A program made the translations under genes and the position numbers. 64,000 nucleotides of DNA, taken from NCBI GenBank assembly GCA_023515725.1, contig JALDTO010000013.1:1-64000 (forward strand), written 5' to 3'. This document shows positions 11,595-26,114 of this stretch, piece after piece (position 1 is the first letter of the stretch; each line of letters starts with the position of its first letter). This DNA is from Amoeboaphelidium protococcarum X5. Its lineage: Eukaryota; Fungi; Aphelidiomycota. A model generated the notes under the pieces. The model saw only the letters and a list, made by a program, of their open reading frames with translations. It was not told where the DNA came from and ran no database searches.

Positions 11595-12710
11595 TCAATT
11601 ATGAGCAGATGACTACTACTACTACTACTTATACTTTGCCTACTTTAAAATAGGATGATTGAAGACTGGAGTATCATCATCCTTCATTATGATCCATTAG
11701 TGTCCAGCTGGCTACTCTTTGAACCACTGCTACTACTTCCAACCTTCTTTCATCTACTTTTACTGGGCCGCTTTAACCTTCTCAGCGTGCTCATAAACTC
11801 TCAGTCTATCCTATCGTCTCTATTCCAACCACTAGAGCAGCTCCTACTAATCTTCCACCTGCAACGGTTGATCGACAGCAAAAACGCGATCGCTGTTCGA
11901 CTTTGACGCGTCCAGCAGTTCTGCGGCAGATTTCAAGTAGCCTCGTGGTCTGAACACATTCTCGAATCGCTGCTCATCTGCTAGGTATCCTCTATTCTAT
12001 GGATCTCGATAGTAGGCAATATCAGACTCCAGAACAGGCGCCTCATAAAACTTTTATAGACCATCTGAGGAGACAGCGCTATAACCTCTCAGCATCTACT
12101 TCAGTCCACTCCTAGTATGATACACACATGTCACACTACCACCGTGTTTCTCAATGCCAGCAATGGCAGTCTTTGATGCTTTACTTACCTCTATACTAAT
12201 CTTATACTTGAAATATTCAGCACCATTACCCAGCAATTTAACTCCATCAACAATCTTGCCATTAAGAACGCGTGCCTATTTCAAATCTCTCATGGTTAAC
12301 ACATCACCATCTTGATACTTTAACCGACCGCTCTCGATACAAAACTGTAGATAGTCCAAATTCAAAGTCCTGTACCGTGGCTTCACTTCTCTCGGTGCCC
12401 AGCTCCAGCGCGGAATTGCCTGGATAATCGGATTAGTAGTCAGACCAGTGAACCATGGCTTAGATGGGCCGTCATGATGTTTCTACCCACCGTTACCACG
12501 TCCAGAAGATCCACCGCGTTTTCCTCCACGCCCGACGCGTTACTTTTTTATATGAGATCCTGGGATTGGTGATACATTACTCACCATCACCTGATCATGG
12601 CGTTCTTGTACTATAGGTGAGGATTACTGCAGACTATCCAGCGACATAGAACGCATAAACGATACGCTAGAGAGAGTTGCTCTCTTGGTAACTCGGATTG
12701 ACGTTAACAT
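11595..12710 (-). CDS. MRPL15: Mitochondrial ribosomal protein uL15m
   Basis: Presequence-like N-terminus; RVGRGGKRGGSSGRGNGGQK, GVKLLGNG, EVSKASKTAIAGIEKHGG, YYRDPQNRGYL. Confidence 0.88.
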
Positions 12711-12940
12711 TTTTATAGCTTTGTTTCTCTCCTCTATCGTTTCTCTTAATGAAAACAGTGTAAGTGAACGGCACAGTTAACGAAAGAAACGCGAAAAGTC
12801 GTGAAAGTCTCTCGTTCTCGCTCCTCTTCAAAGTGTCAGCTAATCTTTCTCTTTAACCAAGAAGCGAGGAAGTTCTTTTCTTCATTGCAAAGAAATAGTA
12901 ATAACTTGTCAAATTCTGTTAAACTAATAAAATCATCATT

Positions 12941-13340
12941 ATGAGCGATTCATAGAAGCAGTAAAAAGATTTAAAGGCACCTGCTAGTAAGGAGGAAGCG
13001 TCAAAGAATTTGCAGAAATTGACGTTCATTGAGGAAGACGATGAGTTTGAAGAGTTTCCAACGCAAGGTATTTTATTAGGCCTTTTATTACGCATACAAT
13101 ATTAGGCACATTATATTTCAAATTATTAATCATGTAGAATGGCAATAGTAAAGTAATGGAAAGAATGAAGTTGAGCAGTTGAGTATTTGGAATAATGACT
13201 GGGATGATGATGAAGTTGAAGATGATTTCACTGTTCAGTTGAGGTACTTATTAGTGTGCTTTTAGTATTGTCGTATATAGAGTATGTATGTACTTTTAAT
13301 AAAGTGTAGGAGCGAAATTTCCAAAGTTAAAGCCAAGTGA
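12941..13340 (+). CDS. SEM1: 26S proteasome subunit Sem1/DSS1 (introns 13068-13137, 13244-13309)
   Basis: IEEDDEFEEFP...WNNDWDDDEVEDDFTVQLRSEI. Confidence 0.95.
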
Positions 13341-13521
13341 ATATCTGTATAATTATGAAATTATATCTACTTCCCTTTATACACTGACTTTCATTTTGAT
13401 GATATGATGATTCATATTGTCTCAGTTATCGTTAACTTGTTTTGCCATTATAAACTTCTTACTCTTTAAACTCTCGCATTTGACACCATTTAAAGTACTT
13501 TAAACTATTTATTGCATTAAA

Positions 13522-15084
13522 ATGATTAAGAATCACTTGTAAAAGAGGCTAAAGTTGAAGAATTTGGAATTGTTGAAGAGTGATGCGTTTATTGGAGGTT
13601 AGTGGATTAGTAGTGGTAGTAAAGTTGATGGTGATAGCAGGTATGTTGTCAGAGATCCTCTAACTGGCGATGAGCTGGCAAAAGTCTCAAATTGTACAGG
13701 CCATGAAGGTACAAAACTGGCTATAGATGCTGCTTATGATACGTTCCGCTCTCCGCAATATAAATCTCTATCTCCTGTGCACAGATCTAGATTACTACTC
13801 AAATGGCATGACTTGATTGTGGATAACAAGGATGATTTGGCGAATATCGTCGTGTCTGAGAACGGGAAGCCATTCAAAGAAGCTGTGGGAGAAGTGCTGT
13901 ATGCTGCATCTTTTGTCAAGTGGTTCGCTGAGGAAGTGAAGCGTGATTATGGACGTCTGATACCATCTAATGATTTACGATTGAGATTGGAGGTTCGTCA
14001 TGAGGCGATCGGTGTGTGTGCTTTAATTACACCATGGAATTTCCCGCTGGCTATGGTGACTAGAAAGATTGCTCCTGCCATAGCTGCGGGGAATACAGTT
14101 GTCTTGAAGCCATCGCCAGAGACTCCGCTATCTGCTCTAGCATTAGCACATCTGGCAGATTAAGCTGGCTTTCTGAAGGGCTCCATAAATGTGGTACCGT
14201 GTGATAAGGATAATGTTGCAGATGTGGGAGATATGTTATGCGGGGATGACAGGGTGCTTAAATTGAGTTTTACTGGAAGCACTGGTGTTGGAGTGCATTT
14301 GATGGCCCAGTGTGCCAATACAGTTAAGCGGACATCAATGGAACTTGGTGGTAATGCACCATTCGTAGTGCTTGGACCTTCTTCTAGTATGAATTATAGT
14401 GAATCTCAGATTGATTAATATCTGGATTAGTGTGTTAAGAACTTGGTTGATGCCAAGTTGAGGAATGCTGGATAGACTTGTATTGCACCGAATAGAATCA
14501 TTGTACAAAAGTAGATCCATGAATAGTTTGTACGTAAATTGACTCAGTATCTCCGTGATAACACTGTGTGTGGTAGTGGATTTGATTCCAGAGTTACTGT
14601 TGGACCTCTTATCACTAGTCAGGCAAAGTAGAAAGTGCTGAGGCATTTGGACGATGCATAATAAAAGGGAGCGGAAGTATTGTACAATGGCGCTAATAAT
14701 CAATCTCTGCATAATATTGAATCGTAAAATCTAGTGGCGCCTATTTTAATTTCTGGCTGCACAAAAGATATGGCAGTGGCGAGTGAAGAGACATTTGGTC
14801 CTCTCTTTTCTGTATTCCGATGCGAGTCTAGTGAGGATGCTATTCAAATGGCCAATGACACTCAGTTCGGACTCGCCGCTTATCTAATGCATCCAGATCG
14901 ACACATGGCTCAGTTGCTGGCATAGTAGTTGGAAAGTGGCATGGTCGGAGTTAACACTGGGACTATATCCTACCCACAATGTCCTTTCGGTGGTGTCAAG
15001 CATTCCGGTGTTGGGAGAGAGGGTGGTGTCGAAGGCTTATAGGAGTTTTTAAATGTGAAATACATGGCAATCAATGAGAATTGA
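13522..15084 (+). CDS. UGA2: Succinate-semialdehyde dehydrogenase (ALDH5/GabD type)
   Basis: [53 protein letters not shown]. Confidence 0.92.
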
Positions 15085-15234
15085 CTCTATCATTATAAAA
15101 GTAAAAAGATATTGATGAACTTGAAGATTTTACAAATATCATTTCAATGTCATGTGTTTCAATATCATATCGTATCATAGGCTCCCTAATTAGTTCTCTG
15201 TCAATTCGTACAATGCCACCACACTTCATACCAT

Positions 15235-16407
15235 TCAAGCAAAGCGGATCGAGCTCTTGCCACCAGGCACATTCAAAACGCGGCTAGATGGTCTGTTCTG
15301 CACTGATCCAAGTCCATTAGAACTGCTAGCCCATTTACCGACATCACCGGGTTCTTGCTAGTTCCCAGCTGTGGTAGCAGATTTACTCTTCTCATTCCCA
15401 GAGTAACCGCCAAAGATATCGTGATGAGAGTCATTACGTCTTGCAGCAGCAGCATTGTGTCCCTTGTGGTGCCCATGTCTGGTTGGTGAAGATCTTCCGG
15501 ATGGAGACTTTTGATCCAGATGATCAACCTGAGTGTTGGGAAACATTTTCTTGGCAGACTTTGGTGGTTGATAAATATCCTTACCACCGGCATAATCATC
15601 ACCCAGGCTGAAATGTGAGACATTGGTAGAGTTCTGAGCTAGACGTTTACCATGACGCTCTCCCTACTCCTACTGAGGCACATACTCATCATCCTGACCA
15701 ATCGAGAAATGGCTCTAATGATGGTACGGATCAGCCGTGACAGAGGACTTGTACACTCCTCTGGTGGTGGTTGAGGATGAGAGCTGATTTCTGTTAATCT
15801 AAACATCCACCCCGGTCAGCTACTTCTCCAGACAATTACTGCTCCCATCCTGCTCTTCATACAGCAGACGATTCACAGCATCACTAGTGGCAACTGGTAG
15901 AATCTGAGCACTAACTGGAAACTGATTGCTCATAGGAAGACGACTCACATCAGAAGGCAGGAGATAGATTTGACGCATGACAGCCGCCTGGTCCCAGTAA
16001 ATTCTTTTGGCTCTTACCAATTATTATTGTTATTAATTATCACCACTGGCAACTTCATACTCGGTGATGATGACAAACGCAACAGTCACTGAGCGATTGG
16101 TTCCCTTAACACCAGGCAGTAACCACAACATTTCACCACTATGCGTGAATCTGACCACCAACTCCAGTACGGACATGTGATCAGAATCAAACTTGTTCTT
16201 TATCCATACACCTTCATCAGAATTACCGAAATCACGAGCCTCCACAGCATTAGACGTCGACAGCACATTCAGAGATGGATTCTTCTTCAAGAAACTAACC
16301 ACCGAATTACGACCTGATGCACCAGCAGACGTAGGCACACAAGTGATGGTAGCATCTTCAGCCCATCCTTGAGCAGACGTAGGATTGTTATAATGCAGAC
16401 TTGTCAT
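15235..16407 (-). CDS. Hypothetical protein: SnoaL/NTF2-like N-domain plus low-complexity tail ending in a Jupiter/HN1-like motif
   Basis: FTHSGEMLWLLPGVKGTNRSVTV...RIYWDQAAVMRQI; C-terminus RPSSRVLNVPGGKSSIRF; 391 codons open. Confidence 0.7.
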
Positions 16408-16804
16408 TTATAGAACAACCATAACAGAATCAAAGTAAAAAGTAGATGATAATAAGAGTAAGTAGAGTCACAAATATACTGTTACAGATTATAAAGGGGG
16501 CCTTGTGACTATGATGTTTCAACTTTCAACGGCGCGTCACAGAACAGAAGAAGAAAGGGAGAGAAAGAGAAAGAGAAACGGGAACTTACGAGCTTGTTCT
16601 CCGCTCGTTTTCTCGGGGCGTTTCAGTTAGAAGTTGCGCATTCCCGTTTCAGCTTCATAGTAGATTATTAAACTGTCTTGATAGTAAACAGCAACGAACT
16701 TAAGCCTATCGCCGGCCATGAATTAAAAAAATAAACATAAGAAATACACTATAGAGTATATACATTTCCACTCGTCGCGAAATAATGATAACATACTCAA
16801 TCAG

Positions 16805-18544
16805 TCATGTTTCCACAGATCCAAACATTGAGCTTAAACTTTCTCCGTGATGGATTCGGCGTATGGCTTCTGCAAACATACCACTCACATCAAAGATTCC
16901 GAGCTTGCCAGCATGTGAGGTCTTGATCATCATTTCTGAATTATTCGCGCTTACTGACAGTCCATTCATAGACTGATCCAGAGTATCCTTAGACAGACAC
17001 TTCTTACGACTTCCCTGAAGTGGACCAAGTATAGACAAATTTCTCTTCTGAGGAACAGTATTACTGAATATAATCTCATCGATATGAGAATCTCTAACGC
17101 GATATGGAGCATCACCACTCAAAACACCGTGAGTTATAATGGCAATGATACGACTAGCTCCGTTCTCTTTGAGTAGCTATGCAGCTTTAGTTATGGTGCC
17201 TGAGGTATCTGCAATGTCATCAATGAGTACGCACACCTTGTCCTTTACCTGTCCCACCAGAACCATGCCTTCCAGAGTCTACTTTTGTATTGGAGATTGA
17301 CCACCAGACTAAGATGAATCAGCACTTTATTAATGTTTTTAATGTTAGTTATCAACATCAACATTGAACATTTGTGTCAAATGCTATGCTCCACCGTGCT
17401 GCTACTTACTTTACTATTACTCTCTATTACCGCCTGATTACTAGTTACCACCACCAGTGTTATAATGATTAACCGCCCGCTTCTCCTTGTGAATAAGAGC
17501 AAACTGCATGCCCAACTTGTTCGCGATAGAGCTGGACCGTTTAGCACCACCAGCATCCGGGCTGATTATCATTGCATGTTTGTAATCTTTAACATTCTCC
17601 CTAATGTACTTGACCATCAATGAAGATCCATAAAGATTATCCACAGGACAATCAAAGAATCCCTGGAATTGAGCATCGTGCAGATCCATGGTGATTAGGT
17701 GATCCATACCAGCAGCAGTGAGCATATTAGCAATCAGTGTTCCACTACGAGCCACCCAGTGTCTATAACCCGTCTTTACAAGTCCAAGCTGGGATATTGT
17801 AGGTTGAACTGGTGAAGATACGACAAGTCTCCTGACACCATCATTCTCAGTGGACAATATATTCACCTTTGGCAGGGTGTGCAGCGATGATGATCTATCG
17901 GGAGACTATGACCTGGATGCTGCTCCAGTGGCAACTTCATTATGCAACTAGCTATGACCATGCTTGGATACTTCATGCAACTTCCTCAGAGATTTCTCCG
18001 CCTAAACATTCACCAGCGATCGCACGGATGGTGCAGGTTCAAACAATTACATTTAGTTCTAGTGCTACTATTACTGCTGGTAAGATTCATGTGACGGCGA
18101 TTAGTTGGATGAAGATTAATCGCGAGCAGCATTATAATTACTTGAGCTAGCAGATTCAGCTGGCCTTACAGTACCGCTCTTCTTATAAGGTACATCAGGT
18201 TGACGAGCATAGAAGAAGGATGGAATAACAGCAATCACCTTGCGAGCACTGGCCATCTTACAAGCACTAATCATAATCAGCAGCTCCATCAAGTTGTCAT
18301 TTAGACTCAGATTCTTATTACTACTAATAGAACTACCATCGCCGCTCTAGCTAGCATCAGAGTGACAAGAAGTCTATATAATGTACACATCCATATCGCG
18401 GACACTCTCCATAATCTGCACCTGTGTCTCCTTGTTACTGAACTTGCCCAACTTGCATTTACCCAAATCCAAGCCCAGTTTCTACGCAATCTACCTCGAC
18501 AGTTCCGGATGTGAACTTCCACCAAACACCACGATGTCCCTCAT
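16805..18544 (-). CDS. Ribose-phosphate pyrophosphokinase with long non-homologous insertions (Prs5/Prs1-like)
   Basis: [72 protein letters not shown]; two Gln/Ser-rich inserts. Confidence 0.93.
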
Positions 18545-18760
18545 TTTATCTTTATACAACGTTCGCTAAGATTTACAACTAAATTTGAAAGGTGTCTTTT
18601 AGTTGTAAGAGAAGAGGAAGAAGCACATGCGCGTCGAAGGAGAAAGAAATCATAAAGCGACAGACCTTTACAGATGTATCCAACAGTCAGCGGCTTGTCA
18701 TTTAAGTCATATCTGAAAAAGTAAAGGTGAATAAAATACAGTTCTAAATGTACATTTATA

Positions 18761-19207
18761 TCATTCAAACCGCTTAATATTTAAAATTTCATTGAGGAGC
18801 GTGGATAGCTCGTACTCTTCAATTTTAGAGCGGAGAGATGGAATCAGAGCATAAGCTTCTTCAGCGAGTTGAGGCATTAGATTGCATATTTAAGCCACTT
18901 CATAATCGCTGAGTGAGTGCTACATCTGTGCCTCTGACAAAACTCTACGCACCTCCTTCACAGAGTCTGTTCTATTGAGTTTAGACATTTTAGACACGTA
19001 TGCTAGCGTAGACTCGAACTGTTCATTCATTCGCTGAGGGAACGATGGAGGTAGATCCTTGTTCGCCTACGCCTTTAGTCTATCCAACACCACTTTTACC
19101 TCGCTATAAAATAAGCATCTCTCTCCATTAAATTCTGGTCCAAGATTATTCACACTAGCATCTTCCTCCTGCTCACTTGTAAATCGATGTAACTGTCTCT
19201 TTTACAT
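18761..19207 (-). CDS. RPB4: RNA polymerase II subunit Rpb4
   Basis: EEDASVNNLGPEF...CLFYSEV...YEVAQICNLMPQLAEEAYALIPSL; absent from the supplied ORF track because codon 2 is TAA. Confidence 0.92.
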
Positions 19208-19388
19208 TTCTGATATTATCTCGAACGGGCGATTCAAGGAGAAAAGAGCAATGACAATAAAAAAATACAAATTGTCATTGTAAATGTCAAAACTCTATTG
19301 AAATGATATATTACTCTAATATACAAATGTATAATCTGTGAATTCATGACGCGCTGAAGTATAAACGATCCTAATTGACTTTCAGCGG

Positions 19389-20381
19389 TCAATGCCTGTC
19401 GAGGTTCGAATGATCATATCTATCGCGATCTCTATAAGTTTAGTAAAAATTACCACGACCTCGCTCTTATTCACGACGGTAGTTTCCATGATTATGCTAG
19501 TGATAGTCTTCTCTGTATTAACTGTACTACTCCGAGTCATGATATCGCCTAGCATTTGACGATGAAGAGCGCTCACGCATGTCTCTCTAAAAATGTCTAC
19601 TATAATCCTCGTGTCTATTACCATCAATCTACCTGCGTTATCTATGCCTTGATTCATCATGATATCTACCATCAGCATATCTACCATGCCCATACTAATC
19701 TCTTGAGTCATCTCGAGGATAGGACCGATTATGATGATCATTAGATTACCCTCGCCAAGAAGATTCACCACCAACCGACCTGGCCTGATATGGATGAGAT
19801 CTAACTTACGACCTCTCCTAACGCTAAGCCTTCAAAGCCTTCTCCTTTTCGTATTACAATTCCTACTTTTTGATGGCAAACATTGGATCCTCCCTAACTT
19901 TGTTCTCTAAGTCTCTTTACTGATTACGCGCATTAATTCCAGTCTTGGCATGTATTGAGTACTGATCAGCCGCTCCTTATATATTAGAGCTTTAAGCAAT
20001 TTCGCTGGTATCTGCGAGTAGAGAACTAACCTTCTTCTTTCCAGTCAGGTAATCATTAGATTCATCATCGGCAACAGCAGCATTATTATCACCATCACCC
20101 TGCGCAGCTTACTCCTGCTATTCTTTAGCGATTTGCGGTACTGCATACATCCATTCCAGGCGTTCTTTCTGCTTATTTTTCTGCTTATCTTTGGGTACAA
20201 ATCCACTCTTCTCTTGCATCTCTCGCAGTGACTGAGCCTCTCGCTCACGTTAAATCTCCTTCTTGAGCTCATCCAGACGCTGATGCTCCTTCTTTGCCTT
20301 CTCCTCTGCTATCCACACCTTTTCTAGATTGGCTCTAGTCGCTGGATGCCAAGACTTTTTCAAATTCAAATCACCACCCAT
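19389..20381 (-). CDS. CWC25: Pre-mRNA splicing factor Cwc25
   Basis: MGGDLNLKKSWHP, RLEWMYA, KVREDPMFAIKK; Arg/Asp-rich tail. Confidence 0.92.
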
Positions 20382-20520
20382 TAATCTAATTAATGAGTGT
20401 ATGCGGAGTTGTTTGACGAGTATAGCTACTAAAATCAAATCTTTGCACTGAAGAGGAAAGAGAGAAAGCGCAAAACAAAAAGCGATCAATTGTTATATAA
20501 AGCTTAAATTTAGTCAACGA

Positions 20521-21171
20521 TCATACACGACGCATCTTCTTAGGCTTGGTACCACCGTGTCTGATAGGAGTCTTGTCTATAATCTTGTTAATTTTGAGTC
20601 CACTAGCAATAATTGATCTAAATGCCGCCTCACGACCAGAACCGAAGCCTTTGAATGTGATCCACACGTCTCTGAATCCTCGCTCCACAGCGATACTGCC
20701 AATACGCGCACCTACACGCGTTCCACACTCCACAGATCCCCGCAGTGCTCCCTTGAGACCAACCAGTCCGCCAGTTACAGATGGCGCCACTATCTTGCGG
20801 TTCCAATCAGACAGAGTGCAAATAGTGTTGTTCCTCCCAGCGAAAATGTTGATCATGCCGATTCCATATGGTAATTTCTTGACGTGTTCCTAAGGACTCA
20901 TCGATCCATTGTTGGCGGAATTATTTCGCATCCATTCACGCATACTTTGATTTTAGTTGATCAATTGAGCCAGTTCTTATTTCATGGACGCGACTTTATT
21001 TGCTGCTAACTATCTGTCTTTAGCACCTTCATTGATCAGGCTATAGCTATGGAGAGCGCGTAAATCTGATATCTAATTGGATGATACTACAGCCTACTAT
21101 TCGATATTAGCTTTATGCTGAGTGCTATAGCTTCGCCTCCACACTAACTTTCCAATTGATATTCTCATCAT
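20521..21171 (-). CDS. MRPS11: Mitochondrial ribosomal protein uS11m
   Basis: NNTICTLSD, FKGFGSGREAA, DKTPIRHGGTKPKKMRRV; presequence-like MMRISIGKLVWRRSYS. Confidence 0.9.
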
Positions 21172-21330
21172 AATCAGATACTTTCACTGTTGATAAACTC
21201 TTCTCGTACTATGGCAACAGTTTAATCAGAAGAAGTTTATGAAAGGCGAAAGGGAAAAATTACAACAATAAATTTTGCATTTGTTCAAATCTTACCCATC
21301 ATTCTTAAATTATTTACACAAAATGTAGAA

Positions 21331-24300
21331 TCAGTTACGCGGACGCTCACCACCTCTGAATAAATAGAGCAACTCATTGCGAGATAGACGATTAGCACGA
21401 GCATTGCCTCCGTCACCCTCACCAAGAGCACCATTGGCCAGCTGCTGTTTTGCTTCCTGCAACGCCTTAATTCTATCTTCAATCGTGTTCGGAATAGTGA
21501 TGGTATGAACATACACCGCCTCCTTCATCTGGCCAATACGATGTACTCTATCTATTGCCTAATTCTAGATGGCAGGATTCCACCACAAGGAGAGCATAAT
21601 GACATGATTGGCGGCGACCAGATTCAAACCAACACATCCAGCTTTGAGACTAGCCAACATTACCATCACATTTGGCTCATTCAGACGATTGATGGATATA
21701 GCTCGTTCAGATAGCTTCATTGAGCCATCAATACGGACAAATTGAATACCGGCCTGACGTAGAGCAGGCTCTATCAGACTCAACATGGAAGTAAAATCAC
21801 AAAACACGATAGCCTTTTCACCAGGGTGCTCTTTTCTTAGCTTATCAAGTAAATTCATAAGCTCTGTAATCTTTGTGGAAGTTATATACTTGGACTGCTC
21901 CTACATCTATTCCATTTCCCTATTCTCAAGCTCATACTGCTCAGGACGTAACACGCGCTCAACAGCTTTCAGCGGGATCAGTTCAGTCTTCTTAATTGGA
22001 TGACGGCAGATGGGACACGTCGCATTAGATGGCATCTCATCCTGACGAGAATTTATGCAGTTCAAAATACACTCCACGCAGTAAATGTGTCCACATACAG
22101 TGACCACAGGAGTATCGATCGGAGAGAAGCACACGGCACACTCCTCCATCACCTCATAACCATCCAGAATAGCACCAAGTCTGTTAGCAACAGCAACATT
22201 CAAATTGTGCACCATGTGATCCATATTAAGCTCATCGTTCATCATTTCATCAACCAGGGATTTACCTTTAGTAACAAGAGAATAGTGTAGACACATCTAT
22301 CGCATTTTAGTGATCATACCAAAGATGTGATGATAGTGCTTCTACAATTCAGCTTCAAACTGCTTAAATTTCTCCAAACTGCGCTACGCAAACGCATCAT
22401 ACAGCTCTCTCTCCTTCTACGTAAACTCAGGCTAGTACTCAATAAAAGTCTTCTCTGGCAATTCAACAATTGGCCTATCAGAGCCGTCAATTTTAGAGTC
22501 CTTGGTTCTCCTCATCATCACACACTACAGGATGGTTTATAACTTCTTCATGCGGTCCTCTTCTCGGCCAGCAATTCTCATTCTATCCTCTTTGGTCTTT
22601 GGATTAATAGAAAGGTCCATCTTAAATCTATTCCAATGACAGTACGGTTCAACTTCCAAAAATCTAAACAGTGGATACAAATCATCAGATGAGTTCTGGA
22701 TAGGAGTACCTGTCAGACACCATCTTTTCTCAGCCATCAGATAGGAGAGAGCAATAGAACTTCTAGCAGCACGATTTTTAATCACATGAGCTTCATCAAG
22801 AACGACACGATGCCATTTATATTTGAAGAAGCAGCCCAACTTGCGATCACCTCTGTTCAGCATAAACGTGCCCATAGTGTACTGTCTCTGCTTCTCCTTG
22901 TCAAATGTGAACTGCATCGCAACCGTCTAATACGTGGCCAGCACAATATCAAACTCACCCAAAGCATTAGGATCCTATTCAAATTTCTTTCTCTGCACAG
23001 CTGTAAGATAGTCACTGTGATACTAGATAACTTTCAATCTAAACGCAGGCTTGAGAAATTTTTCAAACTCTAATCTCCACTGCTCCATTAAGCTTAGAGG
23101 GACAATCACCAGAGTAGCTCTGCCAGAACGAGCACTAGGAGGCTGCGTACTAAAATTGGCAAATATGGAATGTGCCATCTCCTCTCTGTGTCCACCGTAC
23201 AGGTCTCCACCACCATTTGAAGATGACTTAGAAGCAGGAGGGTTGGCAACTATCGTCGAGATGGTCAGACAAGTCTTACCAAGGCCCATGGTATCGCACA
23301 CCAAACCACCGCGGAACGTCGACTTCTCCATGTGAGTCATCCAAGTAAGCCCAATCTTCTGATACTCCTTCAACTCGACTTACATCTAAGTTGGAGTCTA
23401 CATTCTTTAATCCGGAGGATATTAGATGTTAAAATTATCCAAAAGTTTCTACAATTTTTCATGGGCAACCTCATCGGTGACAAGTTGACCTTCAATACCA
23501 TTCTGCAGTGTCATAAACTCATTCTACTATAAATCAGAGCCAGGATATTCCTTCTTGGCAGGCTTTTAGTATTAATGCTGCATCTCAGTGAGCGCCTGCT
23601 TGAACTCATGCTCCTAAAACGTCTTACGTGATACTTGACTGCCCAAATGTAAACCATCCAGGGCGGTCCTAAATGCAGAGGCGGCTTTCTAAAAGGGCTA
23701 CATGTCACTTTGAGGCAGATTACGAGCAAAAGACTTGGACTACTATACTGATGATGATATGGATTAACCAGCATTATTACTCGGTGTTGGCTGATACATT
23801 ATCATGTCATCATCATCCAGATCGCTATCAATTTCAACAATGTTACGCTTCAAATTAGAGTTATTTGAAGATGAATATTATGGCTTTGAACTTGACTACA
23901 CACTTTACAAGACACCATTTTCAACAACATAAATGTCATCATCATCTTCCACTGGTTACTTCTACAGCGACTATTTCTCACGAGCCTTCATGGCATCATA
24001 CTCCACAAAGTCATATGCGACAATCACATAATCATGACCGGGAAGCATACCTATGGCGGTTGGAGTAGAACGTTCACTAACAACTTCTCCGTCAAACAGG
24101 TAGACCATGTTAGACTCCAACTGAGCCATTTATTCATATTATTTGAATAACTTTGAGAACAGAACGTCTGGCTTAATATCAAACTTGACTCCCTTATTAG
24201 CAACCTGACATCGCTTAACACGCACTATAATTCTACTGGAAGACTGAGATTGAGACAAGTCAGCACGTGATAGATTCTAAGCCTTTGATATCAGACTAAT

Positions 24301-24747
24301 CATCTTGATGGTGTAAGTTTAACCAGGTCTTTTCATACCAAGAGCATGAGGAACATCTTGAAGATTCAACTTGAGATCATCAAAGACAAGTTGGTACTCA
24401 GACTGAAATAGCTATATCAATTAATTTTTTTCCAATTTCAAGATTGTCTGCATAGATTTGGCAGAGTATGGATGCTTCTCCCCAGTAAGATAATTCTTCA
24501 GTACAGGAGCAGTTTTGTACACAAACTGTGCCGTATGTAGAAACACGGCATTTAGAGAGTTGGTGGGCAATGTCCTAAATCTCAAAGGACTTATCACCGT
24601 TTCAACCAGCAGCACAATGACATTTTAATGAGACTACTACAGTTGTGCAGAAGAGGATGCAGTGGCAGTTTAAGGGGTCTTTTGCACAGAGTTTGAAGGC
24701 GTACGCTGTTAGCCACCAGCGAGTTGAGAGGAGAGAGAATTGTTCAT
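21331..24747 (-). CDS. SNF2-family ATPase with internal RING finger (Rad5/Rad16/Uls1-like)
   Basis: DTMGLGKT, VVLDEAH, LTGTPIQN, RING CAVC...CGHIYCVEC...CPICR, WWNPAIQNQAIDRVHRIGQ. The start codon is the furthest upstream in-frame ATG I found. Confidence 0.9.
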
Positions 24748-24872
24748 CCGATTCTCTTTATCAATTCTTTGATACATAATTCCCAGATATGGTGTTTGAA
24801 TGGACGGATATATTCACTACTAATAACTCCAACCAGATAAAGAGCAACTGAATTATTGATAAGAATATCACA

Positions 24873-24906
24873 CAGACAGACGGATAGACAGATAGACAGA
24901 TAGATA
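24873..24906. repeat. Imperfect (GACA/GATA)n tetranucleotide microsatellite
   Basis: cagacagacggatagacagatagacagatagata in intergenic DNA. Confidence 0.7.
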
Positions 24907-25112
24907 CGCAGAGAAAGACAGTGGGGGAAAATGCACAAGATGAAATGGTTTGAAATATCGGCAGGTGAAACGAAACGGCCCTTCTGAAACGGCAATTCTG
25001 AAATGAAACGACAGCGGATGGAAAAGGAAATTCACGTCATACGAAAAAATAGGAAATGCCAAATACTGTAAACGATCGGCTATCTCTCTCAAACAGTTTC
25101 ACATTGTCACTA

Positions 25113-25967
25113 TCACTCTTCTGGGGTAGAGATCTATTGCATTAATTGCTAGACGCGTTCTCTGCACTCCTGCTCCGATCTGTTGCGAGATTTAAGAGCG
25201 ATCGCAATCTTGTCATATCGCGGCTTGCCATTATCACCACCTTATTGATTATAAGAATCTACACCCTCAAGTAACAGCATATCTTCTTCTGGAGTCCATG
25301 TCAGACTAGACACATGTACACTACCAGTCTGGTTAGTTTTATGCAATTTCTCAACGTCAGATTTGCGTCCTTGAGTACGGGTGATATCCGCAACTAATCT
25401 ACTCATTACAGACATTGAACTAACATCGCCCTTCTCCACAGACTGAACGTGCTCATTTATAGACTACTGCAGTGGAGTCCAGGCCTCCTTCAACTTTGAT
25501 GGGTTATTATGAGGTATCAGAACGTATCTTCCATTATGTAAGGTAACTTACCCCAGTTCTCCACGTCGCCCAGATTACTACTTCATCATCTTGACATCAC
25601 GGCGAAATTTGTCAAAGTGATGCGATTTTTTACTTCTTAAATAGGTGGACCATCTGACGCGTATATCACGCTCACTCACCTTACTAAACTCTGAATCGGT
25701 GATTGACAGATTTCTATAGACTTTGTCATAATTCAGCATCTATCCATCCAAAGTGCTCTCCATCGCCTCTATCACTTTCCTATCCAAGTCATCAGTCCAG
25801 AACGCTTCGTCATATGCTCGATCATTCGCCGGCATATAACCACTTCTGGTCGGCTTATTACGCGTACTATCATCAAATATCTATTTCTCCAAAGGAATTA
25901 TTGATACCACTTAAGATGTCGGTCTAGCAGCGTAAAATCGCGTCTTGTACAACTACTTCAAAATCAT
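25113..25967 (-). CDS. Protein with two Myb/SANT-like repeats
   Basis: FWTDDLDRKVIEAM...RDIRVRWSTYL and WTPEEDMLLLEGV...RSEQECRERV. Confidence 0.72.
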
Positions 25968-26114
25968 CACTATTACTCTGATTATCGCTTACCAATCAAT
26001 GAGTCTTTTGCAAACGAAGATAAAAATTTCGTTTAAATTGATTATTTAGCGAAAATTTTAAAAAGTCTGTGCTAGTGTAATAGAATAACAATATCTGATC
26101 ACAAATATTTAAAA

